Shown: in pieces, positions 1 through 12,163 of the stretch | Layout of the letters: every line of letters begins with the position of its first letter | Position numbering within the stretch: the first letter of the stretch is position 1 | Origin: Macrostomum lignano | Taxonomy: Eukaryota | Assembly: GCA_002269645.1 (NCBI GenBank) | Contig: NIVC01000558.1 | Coordinates: 124,001-188,000, forward strand | Reading direction: 5' to 3' | DNA: 64,000 bases | Notes under the pieces: generated by a model | The model's input: only the letters and a program-made list of their open reading frames with translations | Databases searched by the model: none | Told to the model about the DNA's origin: nothing | Position numbers and translations under genes: made by a program

Positions 1-1050
1 CAGCAATTCCACCAGTAAGCCTTGACAACTCAGCACTTCCCCCCAGTAAGCCTTGACATCTCAGCAATTCCCCAGTAAGCCTTGACATCTCAGTAATTCC
101 CCCAGTTAGCCTTGACATCTCAGCAATTCCCCCAGTTAGCCTTGACATCTCAGCAATTCCTCCTAGTAAGCCTTGACATATCAGCAATTCCCCCCAGCAA
201 GCCTTGAAATCTCAGCAATTCCCCGAGTAAGCCTTGAAATCTCAGCAATTCCCCGAGTAAGCCTTGACATCTCAGCAATTCCCCCCAGCAAGCCTTGAAA
301 TCTCAGCAATTCCCCCAAATAAGCCTTAACAACTCAGCAATTCTCCCCAAGCCTTGACATCCAGCAATTCCCCCAAATAAGCCTTGTCATCTCAGCAATT
401 CCCCCAGTTGCCATGAATCAAAACCTTCACCAGCCAAAGTTTCCTTCATCAGCCCAAAAGCCTTTCTCATTCAGCAAATAGTACTTATCCTTTCAAGCAC
501 AAGCTCTTAGTGCATGTCGTCATTGGCCTGGGCGTATTCTGGTCCGCAGCAGGAGCTCAATATGCCATAAGCCTTGATGACATCTCATCGATTTCCCCAG
601 TAAGGCATGACATCTCAGAAATTCCCTTAGTAAGCCTTGACATCTCAGTAATTCCCCCAGTAAGCCTTGACATCTCAGAATTCCCCCAGTAAGCCTTGAA
701 ATCTCGGAAATTCCCCCAATTAGCCTTGAAGTCGCAGCAATTCCCCCAGTAAGCCTTGACAACTCAGTAATTCCCCCAGTTAGCCTTGACAACTCAGCAA
801 TTCCCCCAGTTAGCCTTGACAACTCAGCAATTCCCCCAGTTAGCCTTGACATCTCAGAATTCCCCCAGTAAGCCTTGAAATCTCGGAAATTCCCCCAATT
901 AGCCTTGAAGTCGCAGCAATTCCCCCAGTAAGCCTTGACAACTCAGCAATTCTCCCCAGTAAGCCTTGACATCTCAGCAATTCCCCAAAGTAAGCCTTGA
1001 CATCTCAGCGATTCCCCAGTAAGCCTTGTCATCTCAGCAATTCCCCAGTT
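1..1050. repeat. ~31-bp tandem repeat array (consensus CCCCAGTAAGCCTTGACATCTCAGCAATTCC) interrupted by a ~170-bp non-repeat core at ~411-580
   Basis: Unit visible directly. The core is duplicated at ~1981-2150. The small ORFs here are repeat translations. Confidence 0.95.
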
Positions 1051-1843
1051 ACTATGAATCAAAACCTTCACTCAGCAGTCTGCAGTTATCCCCTCAACTT
1101 GCACTTAATCATTCACAGTTATTATCCACTTAAACTCTGTAGATAGTTATCCCATCGGAAGTTTGCAGCTATACACTCATAAGTCTGGAGGAACTACCTC
1201 AGCAGTTTTTCGTTTTTCAACTTTTCAGTTTAAATGAATGATCCCTTCGATATTTGATCATTCCATTTGCAGTCTACAACAATTCTCATTTATCCCCTCA
1301 GCAGTCTGCAGTTTTCCTCTTTGCTGGCTCCTCAGTATCCTCAGGAAGCTGCAATGATCCTTTCAATAATTGTACGGCTCATTATATAATCAATTTTCGA
1401 TAGATATTGGCAGTCTTTTGCACATCAATGCAACGAAGATTTTGCATCGTCTGCATTTTAGCGATTAGTCCAGGCAGGTACAAGCTACGCGTAATTTATT
1501 ATACGCGTATTTTATCTCCCACGTGCATACTCTGAAGCTTGCGAATATTTAATTATTTATAGCTCGTAGCATCAGCTCAAGAAGTTAAAGTTTAGTCTAT
1601 GGCCATAGACGTATTACTATTTTTTGAGCTCTCACTGCGAGAAAAATGCACTAATTAGATAGGGAAAATACAGTTTTTTTAATATTTAAGACCTTTAGAA
1701 GTGAAGCAGATAAAAGAAATTTTGAACCATACAATCCTTGGCTGAGTTGCAATTTTTTGGTGAAAACGCGATCAAAATTGGTCAAGAATTGCAGTCTGTA
1801 GAGCGTTTTACACGGACATAGATTAGAGATTTAGTATATAAGA
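1..1843 (-). mobile_element. Non-autonomous Helitron-like element, copy Y (5' end at 1843; probably runs off the window edge)
   Basis: The minus strand starts TCTTATATACTAAATCTCTAATC immediately after the CTAG end of copy X. 1462-1843 is a diverged direct repeat of 4238-4637. It carries the same 31-bp array and core. Confidence 0.6.
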
Positions 1844-4637
1844 CTAGCAATTTAAGCCCCCGTTGGGGGGCGCAAAAATGACGCAAGTGGTTTTTATTTT
1901 GGCCAATGAGTAATAACCTTACTTATTATTCAAAATCCAATCAAAACTTACTTTTTCAAATTTTTGGCAAAAATAAATTGCCATGAATCAAAACCTTCAC
2001 CAGCCAAAGTTTCCTTCATCAGCCCAAAACCCTTTCTCATTCAGCAAATAGTACTTATCCTTTCAAGCACAAACTCTTAGTGCATATCGTCATTGGCCTG
2101 GGCATATTCTGGTCCGCAGCAGGAGCTCAATATGCCATAAGCCTTGATAACATCTCAATAATTTCCCCAGTAAGCTTTGTCATCGCAGAAATCCCCCCAG
2201 TAAGCCTTGATATCGCAGCAATTCCCTCAATAAGCCTTGACATCGCAGCAACGCAAAGGCGAGCCTTGGCATCAACGCAATTCTCCCAGCCCAGTAAGCC
2301 TTGACATCTCAGAAATTTCCCCAGTAAGCCTCGACATCGCAGCAATTACCCCAGTAAGCCTTGACATCTCAGAAATTTCCCCAGTAAGCCTCGACATCGC
2401 AGCAATTACCCCATTAAGCCTTGAAATCTCAGAAATCCCCCCAGTAAGCCTTGACATCTCAGCAATTCCCCAGTAAGCCTTGACATATCAGTAATTCCCC
2501 CCAGTAAGCCTTGACATCTCAGCAATTCCCCCAGTAAGCCTTGAAATCTTATAAATTCCCCCAGTAAGCCTTGAAGTCTCAGTAATTCCCTCAGTAAGCC
2601 TTGACATCTCAGTAATTCCCCAGTAAGTCTCGAATCTCAGTAATTCCCCAGTAAGTCTCGAATCTCAGTAATTCCTCCAGTAAGTCTTGACATCTCACAA
2701 TTCCCCCAGTAGGCCCTGAAATCTCAGCAATTCCCCCCAAGTAAGCCTTGATATCTCAGTAATTCCCCCAGTAAGCCTTAACATCTCAGCAATTCCCCCA
2801 TTAAGCCTTGAAATCTCAGAAATTCACCCAGTAAGCCTTGGCATCTCAGTAATTCCCCAGTAAGCCTAGAAATCTCAGCAATTCCCCCAGTAAGCCTTGA
2901 CATTTCAGCAATTCCCCCAGTTAGCCTTGACCTCTCAGTAATTCCCCCAGTAAGCCTAGAAATCTTAGCAATTCCCCCAGTAAGCCTTGACATTTCAGCA
3001 ATTCCCCAAGTTAGCCTTGACCTCTCAGCAATTCCCCCAGTAAGCCTTGACATCTCAGCAATTCCCCCAGTAAGCCTTGAAATCTTATAAATTCCCCCAG
3101 TAAGCCTTGAAGTCTCAGTAATTCCCCCAGTAAGCCTTGACAACTCAGCAATTCCCTCAGTAAGCCTTGACATCTCAGTAATTCCCCAGTAAGTCTCGAA
3201 TCTCAGTAATTCCCCAGTAAGTCTCGAATCTCAGTAATTCCTCCAGTAAGTCTTGACATCTCACAATTCCCCCAGTAGGTCCTGAAGTCTCAGCAATTCC
3301 CCCCAAGTAAGCCTTGATATCTCAGTAATTCCCCCAGTAAGCCTTAACATCTCAGCAATTCCCCCATTAAGCCTTGAAATCTCAGAAATTCACCCAGTAA
3401 GCCTTGGCATCTCAGTAATTCCCCCAGTAAGCCTAGAAATCTCAGCAATTCCCCCAGTAAGCCTTGACATTTCAGCAATTCCCCAGTTAGCCTTGACCTC
3501 TCAGTAATTCCCCAGTAAGCCTAGAAATCTCAGCAATTCCCCCAGTAAGCCTTGACATTTCAGCAATTCCCCAAGTTAGCCTTGACCTCTCAGCAATTCC
3601 CCCAGTAAGCCTTGACATCTCAGCAATTCCCCCAGTAAGCCTTGACATCTCAGCAATTCCCCCAGTAAGCCTTGACCTCTCAGCAATTCCCCCAGTAAGC
3701 CTCGACATCGCAGCAATTACCCCATTAAGCCTTGAAATCTCAGAAATCCCCCCAGTAAGCCTTGACATTGCAGCAATTAAACTCGAGCCTCGGCATCTAC
3801 GCAATTCTCCCAGTCCAGTAAGCCTCGAGATCGCAGCAATTACCCCAGTAAGCCTTGACATCTCAGCAAATTCTCCAGTAAGCCTTGACATCTCAGCAAA
3901 TTTCCCCAGTAAGCCTTGACATCTCAGCAATTCCCCCAGTAAGCCTTGAAATCTCAGCAATTCCCCCCACCCCCAGTAAGCCTTGACATCTCAGTAATTC
4001 CTCCAGTAAGCCTTGACATCTCAGCAATTCCTCCCAGTTAGCCTTTGGCTGGTGAAGGTTTTGATTCATGGCAATTTATTTTTGCCAAAAATGAGAAAAA
4101 GTAAGTTTTGATTAATGAATTTTGAATAATAAGTAAGGTTATTACTCATTGGCCAAAATAAAAACCACTTGGCGTCATTCTTGCGTCCCCCAACGGGGGG
4201 CTTAAATTGCTAGTAGTTGCTTTTAATCAAAAAATGTTCGATTAGTCCAGGCACAAGCTAAAAATAAATGAAAATTAAAAATTTAATATATTTTTATCTC
4301 CCACGTGCATATTCTGAAGCTTGCGAATAATTTAATTATTTATAGCTCGTAGCATCAGCTCAAGAAGTTAAAGTTTAGTCTATGGCCATAGACGTATTAT
4401 TATTTTTCGAGCTCTCACTGCGACAAAAATACACTAATTAGATAGGGAAAATACAGTTTTTTGAATATTTAAGACCTTTAGAATTGAAGCAGATAAAAGA
4501 AATGTTAACCATACAATCCTTGGTTGAGTTGCAATGTTTTGGCGAAAACGCGATCGAAATTGGTCATGAATTGCAGTCTGTAGAGCGTTTTACACGGACA
4601 GACAGACAGACATAGATTAGAGATTTATAAGATAAGA
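1844..4637 (-). mobile_element. Non-autonomous Helitron-like element, copy X, with internal 31-bp satellite
   Basis: 5' TC start (4637, or 4632 in an A|TC context) followed by a (GTCT)n tract. The 3' end has a GC hairpin (GCCCCC-GTTG-GGGGGC, 1856-1871) 8 nt before CTAG|T. No Rep/helicase ORF. Confidence 0.7.
2150..4042. repeat. ~31-bp tandem repeat array (about 60 units) with higher-order duplication
   Basis: Same unit as 1-1050. The block ~2470-2810 recurs at ~3050-3400. Confidence 0.95.
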
Positions 4638-5178
4638 AAGAAAGAAGATTTTCTCAATATCTATTCATAGCGTCGATTGAGCCCATAGAGCTAAGCGTAT
4701 GCTATGTATTATGTATGTACTTGTGGATTCAAAGGAATAGTGAGGTCTTCTGGTTGTTTTCTTCTACATGCATATCGATAAGCCCAAGGTTATTTAATGT
4801 TTAATGTTTAAAATGGTTTATTTAAAATAAGAAATGTGTTTTACTCAGGATTCTGAAGTGCCTTTGCTTCCAACTTGGCAATGTTTCCTTACAAATTTTT
4901 GTGTGTTTTAGTAGCAATGTTTTAAAGCAGCAATTTAAAGCATATCAATGATTCCATTCAGATTCATCTTGAGCTGTTCAGAGCCAAGAACTAATACTTA
5001 CACACACTATAAGTTTTGTTGCATGCCTTCTGTTCTTTGTAACTATTACAGTTTTGAGACTCTTTATTTGGCAAATATTTATCAAAAGTAGGAGGCCGAT
5101 TTTTATAGACTTTCATATCCCCAGTGGCTCTCAGATATAGTTGTGAAGCCATTTAATGTTTCTTTAGCAACTGCAGAC

Positions 5179-6719
5179 TCAGCCGCGCAGAAAGTAGTCT
5201 CCATCGGTGCTGCTCAGACTGGCAGGCGGGTAGGCGAACCTCAGCAGGTGGCACAGGCGCTGCTGGCCAGAGAAAATCACAGCCTGGCAGTCAGCTGAGG
5301 CCTCGCACGGGATCAGGCAGTCCAGAGCTGTTTGGGCGGCGAGACTCCAGGAGGTCGGCAGGGTCGACGAGACGTTGAGGTTGGGCATCTGCGACTGCTT
5401 GAAGCAGCTCCGCTCTGAAGCAAACAAGCAGGGCTAATTTTAGTTAAAGCATCTGTAAGAATAGACGTCAAGACGTCAAGAAATGTATGAACTTTGGCTC
5501 AATGGACGCTATGAATAGATATGATATTAAGAGAATCTCGGTAGAAATTCTTGCTAGTCAAGAAAATCTTTTAAAAGACATGAGTAAACTTTTTTGACTT
5601 GCAGTAAGACTCATGTGAGATTTTTTAAAGCGAAGCACTGCCTTTGGTCAAACATCCTGACCGGTAATGGGTTACATGCATGGAATATACTTGTAGAGAA
5701 AGCAGAGTAGATTCTAAAGCAGACACATTTCTAAAGAGTGAGAGAAGCAGGAACAGAAGCGGGAACAGAAGCAGAAGCAGAGGCATAAAAAAATAGAAGT
5801 GCAAGTGCAGAATACTGTACTCCGATGCTCCGATGCTACATCCGACTGAATGATGGATTTCTGAGGCGTCAAAGTCTAATCTTCATCTTCTGTTTGGTTA
5901 ACAAAAGCACCTGCTTCATTGTCTCCGTTGATTGCTGGAGAAAATGCTCCGTTCGGGATGGCACGTGCATGTTCCTCAGAAACTGTGAATTCTGTCGCTG
6001 TGAATGTACGTCTTCTGCTTCTTAACTATTCGATCAATAGCCATAGTGCTACACTCGCAGCTAGTCTAATGAATAGCTAGACTAGTGAACTAAAGTTCAG
6101 TTCTGAACGCGATAAGTCGCCATCTATTGCAATATAATATTTAAATACGGCCTAAATGCAGTAATTGATCATTAATGTCTTGTTGCTATGAACTCGCGTT
6201 TCGTTTCAATTCATCACTTAGACTGCTTGAGGCTGCATGTATATGCTAAAAGAAATGGTACACCAATTCTGATTGGAGTGCAATCTGAGTGCAGACAAAC
6301 TCACTCGGATAGGTCAGAGCGAACACCGAATTTCGCCAAAAGCCTCCACAGATCTGACTGGAGTTTCCGTTGCAAGTTATATTGCAGTCGCTTTCCTTGG
6401 CAGGTCCGACCGAGCCGAAGTCCCAGCTGCAGTAACAGGCCCTTGCGTACTGCAACCCGAAGTACGGGAAGCCTCCAAGTGCACAGAAGCCGCTGCAGAA
6501 CTCCTGAGTCATGTTATCGCTCGACACCTTTGAATCCGAAACGGAGATTTCGCCGACACTCCTGATTCTTGACAAGCCTCTCATGTCCCTGGTGCTGTTG
6601 TCCATGAAGCAGCCAATGTAGGAGACTTGAATGACTCGAGCAGCGGTGACGCCAATGACCAGCAGGAGAGAGTAGCAGGCTGCTGCCAAGACTGCCGGGC
6701 GATAGACAAGAGGAGACAT
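5179..6719 (-). CDS. Secreted WSC-domain + C-terminal PAN/apple-like protein, 2 exons (6719-6305, 5414-5179), 216 aa
   Basis: Signal peptide. WSC motif YIGCFMD...MTQEFCSGFC...YFGLQYARACYC...CNITCNGNSSQICGG. Donor A|GTGAGT and acceptor TTCAG|AG join in phase 1. Exon 2 has the PAN-like pattern CLIPC...C.AVIF....CHLL. Confidence 0.85.
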
Positions 6720-6947
6720 CTTGGTCTCTTTTCTTGTGCTGAGAACTCTTGTCTCACTGCTTTATATACGAGTACTACAGCCTGTTAGGCAACTTTTAGG
6801 TTTGAATCAAACCTTCTTTTGTTGACTTTCCTCATCTATACTGCTGCTCTGAGTAGAGCTGATCGTGTATCCAAATTGAAATTATGACTTTCTGCGTTAG
6901 AAGTACTCGCACCTTACAGAAATGTTTTGTGAATAAGTGTTTTTATT

Positions 6948-8110
6948 TTGGCACTGCATGCTGACACCACTCGCTCGAACTTGAATCTTGCTGCTTCAGG
7001 GCTCTCAAACCGAGTCCCATGCACGCAGTTGGTTCTTCACCAAAAGGAAGAGAAAAAGTCGCAGGGTGCCAGGTCAGGGGAATATGCAGGATGCGTCACC
7101 AACTGGACTCCATTCTGGGCCAGAAATGCCAAAGTTGCAGCAGCCGTGTGCGCACTGGCGTTGTCGTGGTGCAGGAGCAGGCCACGAAGTCCGGTGCGCG
7201 GCCGGCGTCTGCGCCACGCATCGAGCACGAGCGGCAGGCACTGGTTGATATACCAGTCGGCATTGACTGTCCGTCTGTCTTGGAGCGCTACGGTCACCAG
7301 GTGGCCAGCCTGACTGAAGAAAGTCGCCACCATCTGCTTCCCGACGCTGCGGGCCCGCTTGACCTTCGTTGGGGTGGCATCGTCCGGAAGGAGCCAAACT
7401 GCCGACTGCTGCTTGGTTTCCGGGTCGTACTGGTAGACCCAGGTCTCATTAGCTGTGATGATCTCCCAGCATCGCTTTGAGGTCCCAGAATCGAATCATT
7501 CGAGCATAAACTCGCACCAACGCACCCTCTCCGCTTTCTGGTCCTCCGTCAGGTTGTGGGACACCCAGCGGGCACACCGCTTGGAGGTTCCCAGCTTGTC
7601 GTGCAGGATGGTCGTAACCGCTGCCGATCCAATGCCGAGAGCCTCTCAGATCTCTGCACAAGTCACTCGCCGGTCCTCGGCAATCATTCTCCAGACAGCA
7701 GTGATGTTTTCGGACGTGACTGCGGAAGCTGGACATCCCGTCCAAGGCTCGTCATCAAGGCTGCTTCGGCCCCGCTTACATTCGCTGTACCACCGAAAAA
7801 CTGTGGCACGTAAAGGGGCTTGGTCTCCAAAAGCAGCACGTAAACTTTCAACGCACTGCTCCTGCGTGAGACCTTTTCGCTGGTCGTAAACTATCATGGC
7901 ACGAAAGTCGCGGCTTGTCAACTCCATTGGAGCAAGTACAGTTTGGTAGGGGGTATTGACTTTGAAGAGTGATTATGAAAAATTGACAGGAGCGCAAAGG
8001 CTAAAAACTAATATTCAATCATCTTAAGGGTGGTAGAATGTGTACATAAAAAGTTGTGCAGTTGTGACTTATGAGTCAGCCGTATCTCAAAACTTTCAGT
8101 ACGCCCCTCG
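6948..8110 (-). mobile_element. Decayed mariner (DD34D) transposon; transposase pseudogene 7927-~6950, 3' end and one TIR missing
   Basis: HTH region (TVFRWYSECKRGRSSLDDEP), WVSHNL (WVPHEL-like), ANETW (first D lost), HHDNASAH, YSPDLAPCDF. Two in-frame TGA and a frameshift. TIR-like CTGAAAGTTTTGAG...CGAGGGGCGTA ending at TA 8111-8112. Confidence 0.9.
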
Positions 8111-8500
8111 TACCTTCAAAACCATAGACACAATCTACCATATGTCTGCCTTTGATCTCGTAACAATACACAATGCAAAAGACTTGACTAAGCCATTTTG
8201 GCATTATGAAAGACTGTGCCATAAAAATATGGCACATAAAAATTGAAACAAAATATGGAGCATTTGTGTTGCGTCCTAGAACAACGAGTAATTCGAAACA
8301 CTGAAATTCATATATCCGGTATATTTCTTCAGAAGATACGGCACAAACTTTAAAGTTTAAACAAATCAAGACGATTCGCTGTTCAGCTAATATTCAAAAG
8401 CTGGTAAATTAAATTTTCAGATTTAATAATTTAAAAGTTATTCCACAGACCGATCTCTGAAGTTGGCATCAGCTTGTTGTCACAGCGCAGCATCCGGGCA

Positions 8501-9238
8501 TCAGGCGAAGGGCGAGACGCACTCGCACAGAACGGCAGACACAGTGCATGTCTCGGAACAGTCGGCCAGACCAGCCAAGCCATGGTATCTGATTATAACG
8601 TTTTCGTTACCCGAATTGCTAGGCTCACCGTCGGCCCACAGAGCAGCGTCCACGGTGCCATTGCAGCCGACCCAGTACCAGCCGCCAGCCGGCTCTGCAC
8701 TGCCTGTTGGCTGGAGGCCTCCGAGCCAGATCGACTGTCCAGAGCTGTAGTTCGAGCAGATCGAGTCCACGTGGCTCATCTCCTGCTTGCTGGTCACGTC
8801 GGCCATGATGACCAGACCGCTCTCTGACTCGCACTTCTGCCTGCTCGGCCACCACGTCCCGATGCCAGAGTACAGCCTGTACTTTACTCCGCACAGGTCC
8901 ATGCCGTAGCCAGACGGACACAGCGTGCCCGTCTTTAGACCCGGCCGCTGCTTGACAAACACCCGGCCTCTCCTGGAGCAGCCGCAGCTCCTCACCGACT
9001 TGCTGCACTTGTCGAACACGAACAGCTGGCACGGACCGTCAGCCAGGCTGAACGCCTGACAGCGCTGGTTTTGGGCGCACAGAGCGGCGCAGCCGACTTC
9101 GTTGAGTACGCTTGAGTAGGTCTCAACAAACTCGCCGTTGATGCAGAGATATCCGTTGATGAGGACATACAGCTGCTGGTTGTCACTGCCGAGCGTGAGG
9201 CCCAGAGCCAAGAACATCGTCAAGAGAATAATGCTCAT
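8501..9238 (-). CDS. Secreted PAN/apple + atypical C-type lectin domain protein, intronless, 245 aa (paralogue A)
   Basis: Signal peptide MSIILLTMFLALGLTLG. PAN pattern CAALCAQNQRCQAF...CQL. CTLD: CPSGY, W..SRQKC, MADV, IWLGG, W..GEPS. Near-identical to 40796-41533. Confidence 0.85.
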   Translation of the reverse strand: MSIILLTMFLALGLTLGSDNQQLYVLINGYLCINGEFVETYSSVLNEVGCAALCAQNQRCQAFSLADGPCQLFVFDKCSKSVRSCGCSRRGRVFVKQRPGLKTGTLCPSGYGMDLCGVKYRLYSGIGTWWPSRQKCESESGLVIMADVTSKQEMSHVDSICSNYSSGQSIWLGGLQPTGSAEPAGGWYWVGCNGTVDAALWADGEPSNSGNENVIIRYHGLAGLADCSETCTVSAVLCECVSPFA

Positions 9239-10659
9239 TGTCAACGCTTAAGAAACCACGGCGGTAAAATTAACAGACGCATCTGCAGCTGAGTTTTAGC
9301 TCAAGATTTATACTCGTGGCCTCCGATTTAGGTGGCTCTCAGCTGTATTAGAACAGAAAACATGCACCTGTCTGTAATTGTTCAAACAGGAGCGGCTACT
9401 TAATTTTTACGGCCTTTTTTGCGGCTCAAAACTATACGAGGGCTCAGTCGTTGTTCTAATTGGGAGAGGAAGCTGAGGGAAACCTCCTAGGATTTGAGAT
9501 GCTTCTTCTTCTAAGACTTTTAACTTGCTAATGAGAGAAAGTCTAGGGCTGATGCCAACGATGTTAAAAGCCTAAGTGCATATAACTCGTATAATCAACC
9601 ATGGGTCGTCGCCACCGGGGGGACATGGGAGGACATGAAAGCAATTAAAACCATTTTAGTGCATCTTATCTAACTTTCTCAGATTTGGTGGACACACGGC
9701 AGGGGTGAGATAAGTTTTTTGATACTGAAGTTAGTACGAGCCTACTTGGTTACTTTCGTGCGCATGTGTACTCTGTAAGCATATCCAGCAAATTTTCGGG
9801 GCTAAAATTCACTTCTGTAGCAAGAAAAAAGAAATGGACTCACACGAACTATGAGAGTCAATATCAAAGTGTACATCAGACTATCCAATTTGATCGGAAG
9901 TGAGTGTAGCAGCTTTTTGATTGAATATTGATTGATTGATTAGTCCAGTGCCTACAAACTGTAATTGCATGAAGACAGGCGCAGAAGAACACTTCGCTTC
10001 AATCGGAGTCTGCTCGTCTGGGACTTCGTAAAGCAAAAGTCCCAAGCGAAAAGTCGACCGGCTTGTGATCAAGGATGCCTCTTTTGCAGGCTTGTCGTTA
10101 CGTAAGACGATACCTGCTGAAACTAACATATAAAGACATTGCTTAGCACTTTCTTTTGTGCCGCCGCGTAACAGCGTGAGCCAATTATATTAAGATATTC
10201 CCATATTATTAGTATTCAAATATTTTAGGGCCTTTTGACAACAGAGGAGAGCTAAGGACTATTAATTAAAATGGATAGCAACACAATTTTTTTGCTAGGT
10301 GGATCAAAAAGAGAACCATGAATCAATAGAAAGTATAAACTGGTTAGTTTTTCGAATTTTTTAACGGAGTGGGTCGTTAGATTGAATTTGATTTTTAATC
10401 TGACAGGCAAACCAAAAAAACTTTCAGAAAAAAGTTGCTCAGATAAAGTAGATATTTTACTATGCACTGCCACTGTGCAAATTTTCTTATATCTTGTCAG
10501 TGTTTCTTGTAACTTCAAGGCTGACAAAAAACAATAAAAACGGTTTTGTTGTCAGTTCAATCCGTAACACTCGTGACAAACAACTCAGCAAACTGAACCC
10601 AAAGCTTGAAAGTCCTCAGTCGTCATGGACACGGGAGCAAGTGCAAAGCAGATTATTCT

Positions 10660-11889
10660 TCACTCAATAAAGGCGGCAGAATCGCTGGTCCCTTGCGATC
10701 CCAGCCAGATCTCAGTGTACTCGGCATCAATATTCAGCTCGCAGTTGGTCTGCGTTGAAACAGAACAGGCTGTGTCATTGTAGACAACAGTGTGAGCTCC
10801 AGAAGCACTGCTGTAGCTCAGGCCCATGTAGAACTTCTCCAAAAGCACCAGAGGTAATGGAGCATCCGTGAGGAACCCAGTCAGACGGGTAAACAAGTTG
10901 GCGAATTTCACTTTGCTGCCTGAGAAGTAGGCGAAGGCGCAGAACGGCGTGTTGCTTCCCCCAGACGTCACCACACGCTCGTCTATGCTATATATACTCA
11001 GCAACATCGAAAATTCGCCATCACAGAAGGTTCCGTCTGTGTTTGCCACTTTTGAGAGTGCAGGTAAAGTCTCTCAATCTTTACGAGTGACGCAACTTAG
11101 CTACTTGAGGAATGAAGTTGGGGGGGGGGGTGCCCAGCGAGGGTTGGACGGATTAAAGCTACCCCGATCAGTTTTCTCGCATCCTTTTTTTCAGAATAGT
11201 CCAAGAGAAATTGCTCAGAGATCAAAAGCTATAAAAAGTTAGTCAGTCAAAAGTTCCACCCTCCAAGCGAGATGCATTTTTCTCACTTATTGCGAGTGAT
11301 GCAACTGACGGCACGCGAGAAGCTTATTGCCACTTGAGGTTGTCCAGGATGACAACGCGCCGCCACACCAATCCGATGCTGTGTTAGTCAGCTGAAAGAA
11401 CAGCTACAGCCGCGCACTCTGCGCTGGCTTTCCCCGTCCCCAGACATGAATCCTATCGAGCATGTCTGGGACTTCCTAAAACACTGCATTCAAAAAGAGA
11501 ATTAACCACAGAATGTTGCGGAGCTGCGTCATGCCATTGAAAAGCTTGGCAGCAGCTTCCCAAGGACTTTCTGCGCCGCCTCATCCTGGGGATGCCCCGC
11601 AGGGTCGCTGCACTTCCGCGTGCGAGGGGATCCCACACGCGTTATTAAGCATCGCGATTTTAACTGATTGACTGCTTAAAAATACGAGCGTAAACTGTTA
11701 TGATTTTGTGTGACTGACGTTTATTATTGATTAAATTAACTTTCCCTTCCTCGCGACGGCTTTGCTGCGTAAATTGAGGGTTGAATTGTTAGTGAGAAGT
11801 TGTCGCAATAAGTGACAAAACTTGCTTGGAGGGTGGAAATTTTGACTGTTGCTGAGTATACTTCCCGCATAGTTGATCATCGCTAGCAC
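10660..11889 (-). pseudogene. Coding exon (possibly LamG/pentraxin-like beta-sandwich) interrupted by a Tc1 insertion; pieces 11889-11859 and 10996-10660
   Basis: Acceptor TTTTTTCTGAATTCCGTAG at ~11890. Removing 10997-11856 plus one TA restores the frame ASDDQLCGKYIYSIDERVV...EIWLGSQGTSDSAAFIE. The domain call is tentative. Confidence 0.55.
10997..11856 (+). mobile_element. Internally deleted Tc1-like (DD34E) element with TA target duplication
   Basis: TIR TA|CTCAGCAACA...TGTTGCTGAG|TA; the inner TIR part at 11244-11295 matches 11790-11848. Transposase remnant at ~11335-11648: QDDNAPPH, SPSPDMNPIEHVW, RGSHTRY*. Confidence 0.85.
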
Positions 11890-11997
11890 CTACGGAATTC
11901 AGAAAAAACAAAGCATCCCCTTTTTGTTTAGAACTTTAGAAGATACTCGTATAATGGCATCTTGAATAAAAGCTGATAGGTTTCGATTTTATTAAAG

Positions 11998-12163
11998 CCT
12001 CAATTACCCCAGCTAATGCTGGCACCAATTTTACAGCTGGGTGAACTGAAGCAATGCAGAGTTATGTGTCTCGCTCAAGTACACAAATTGTTCCGTGGAA
12101 GATCGGGAATCGAACCCCGACCTTAAAGTCGTGAGTCCGACGCTCTAACTACTATACTACAAC
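11998..12163 (-). mobile_element. tRNA-derived SINE, copy 1 (3'-truncated)
   Basis: A-box-like TAGTAGTTAGAGC, B box GGTTCGATTCC, then a CORE-like segment. Homologous to 45454-45685 and 60280-60510. Confidence 0.8.

Noticed and set aside
430-460. Hammerhead-like CTGATGAAGGAAAC on the minus strand of the repeat core (also ~2010)
   Set aside because: There is no stem II between the core motifs and no matching stems I or III.
510-3960. Small ORFs (SRLTGGIAE / DISEIP repeats)
   Set aside because: Translations of the 31-bp satellite; the unit length is not a multiple of 3.
1844-4213. Stand-alone TIR/foldback transposon
   Set aside because: No TSD is seen, and both ends match Helitron 3' termini (hairpin + CTAG|T), one fused directly to a TC start. 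Kept only as an alternative reading.
12090-12163. tRNA genes at the SINE heads (also ~45620-45685 and ~60280-60345)
   Set aside because: No complete cloverleaf, degenerate boxes, and each is followed by the same SINE body.
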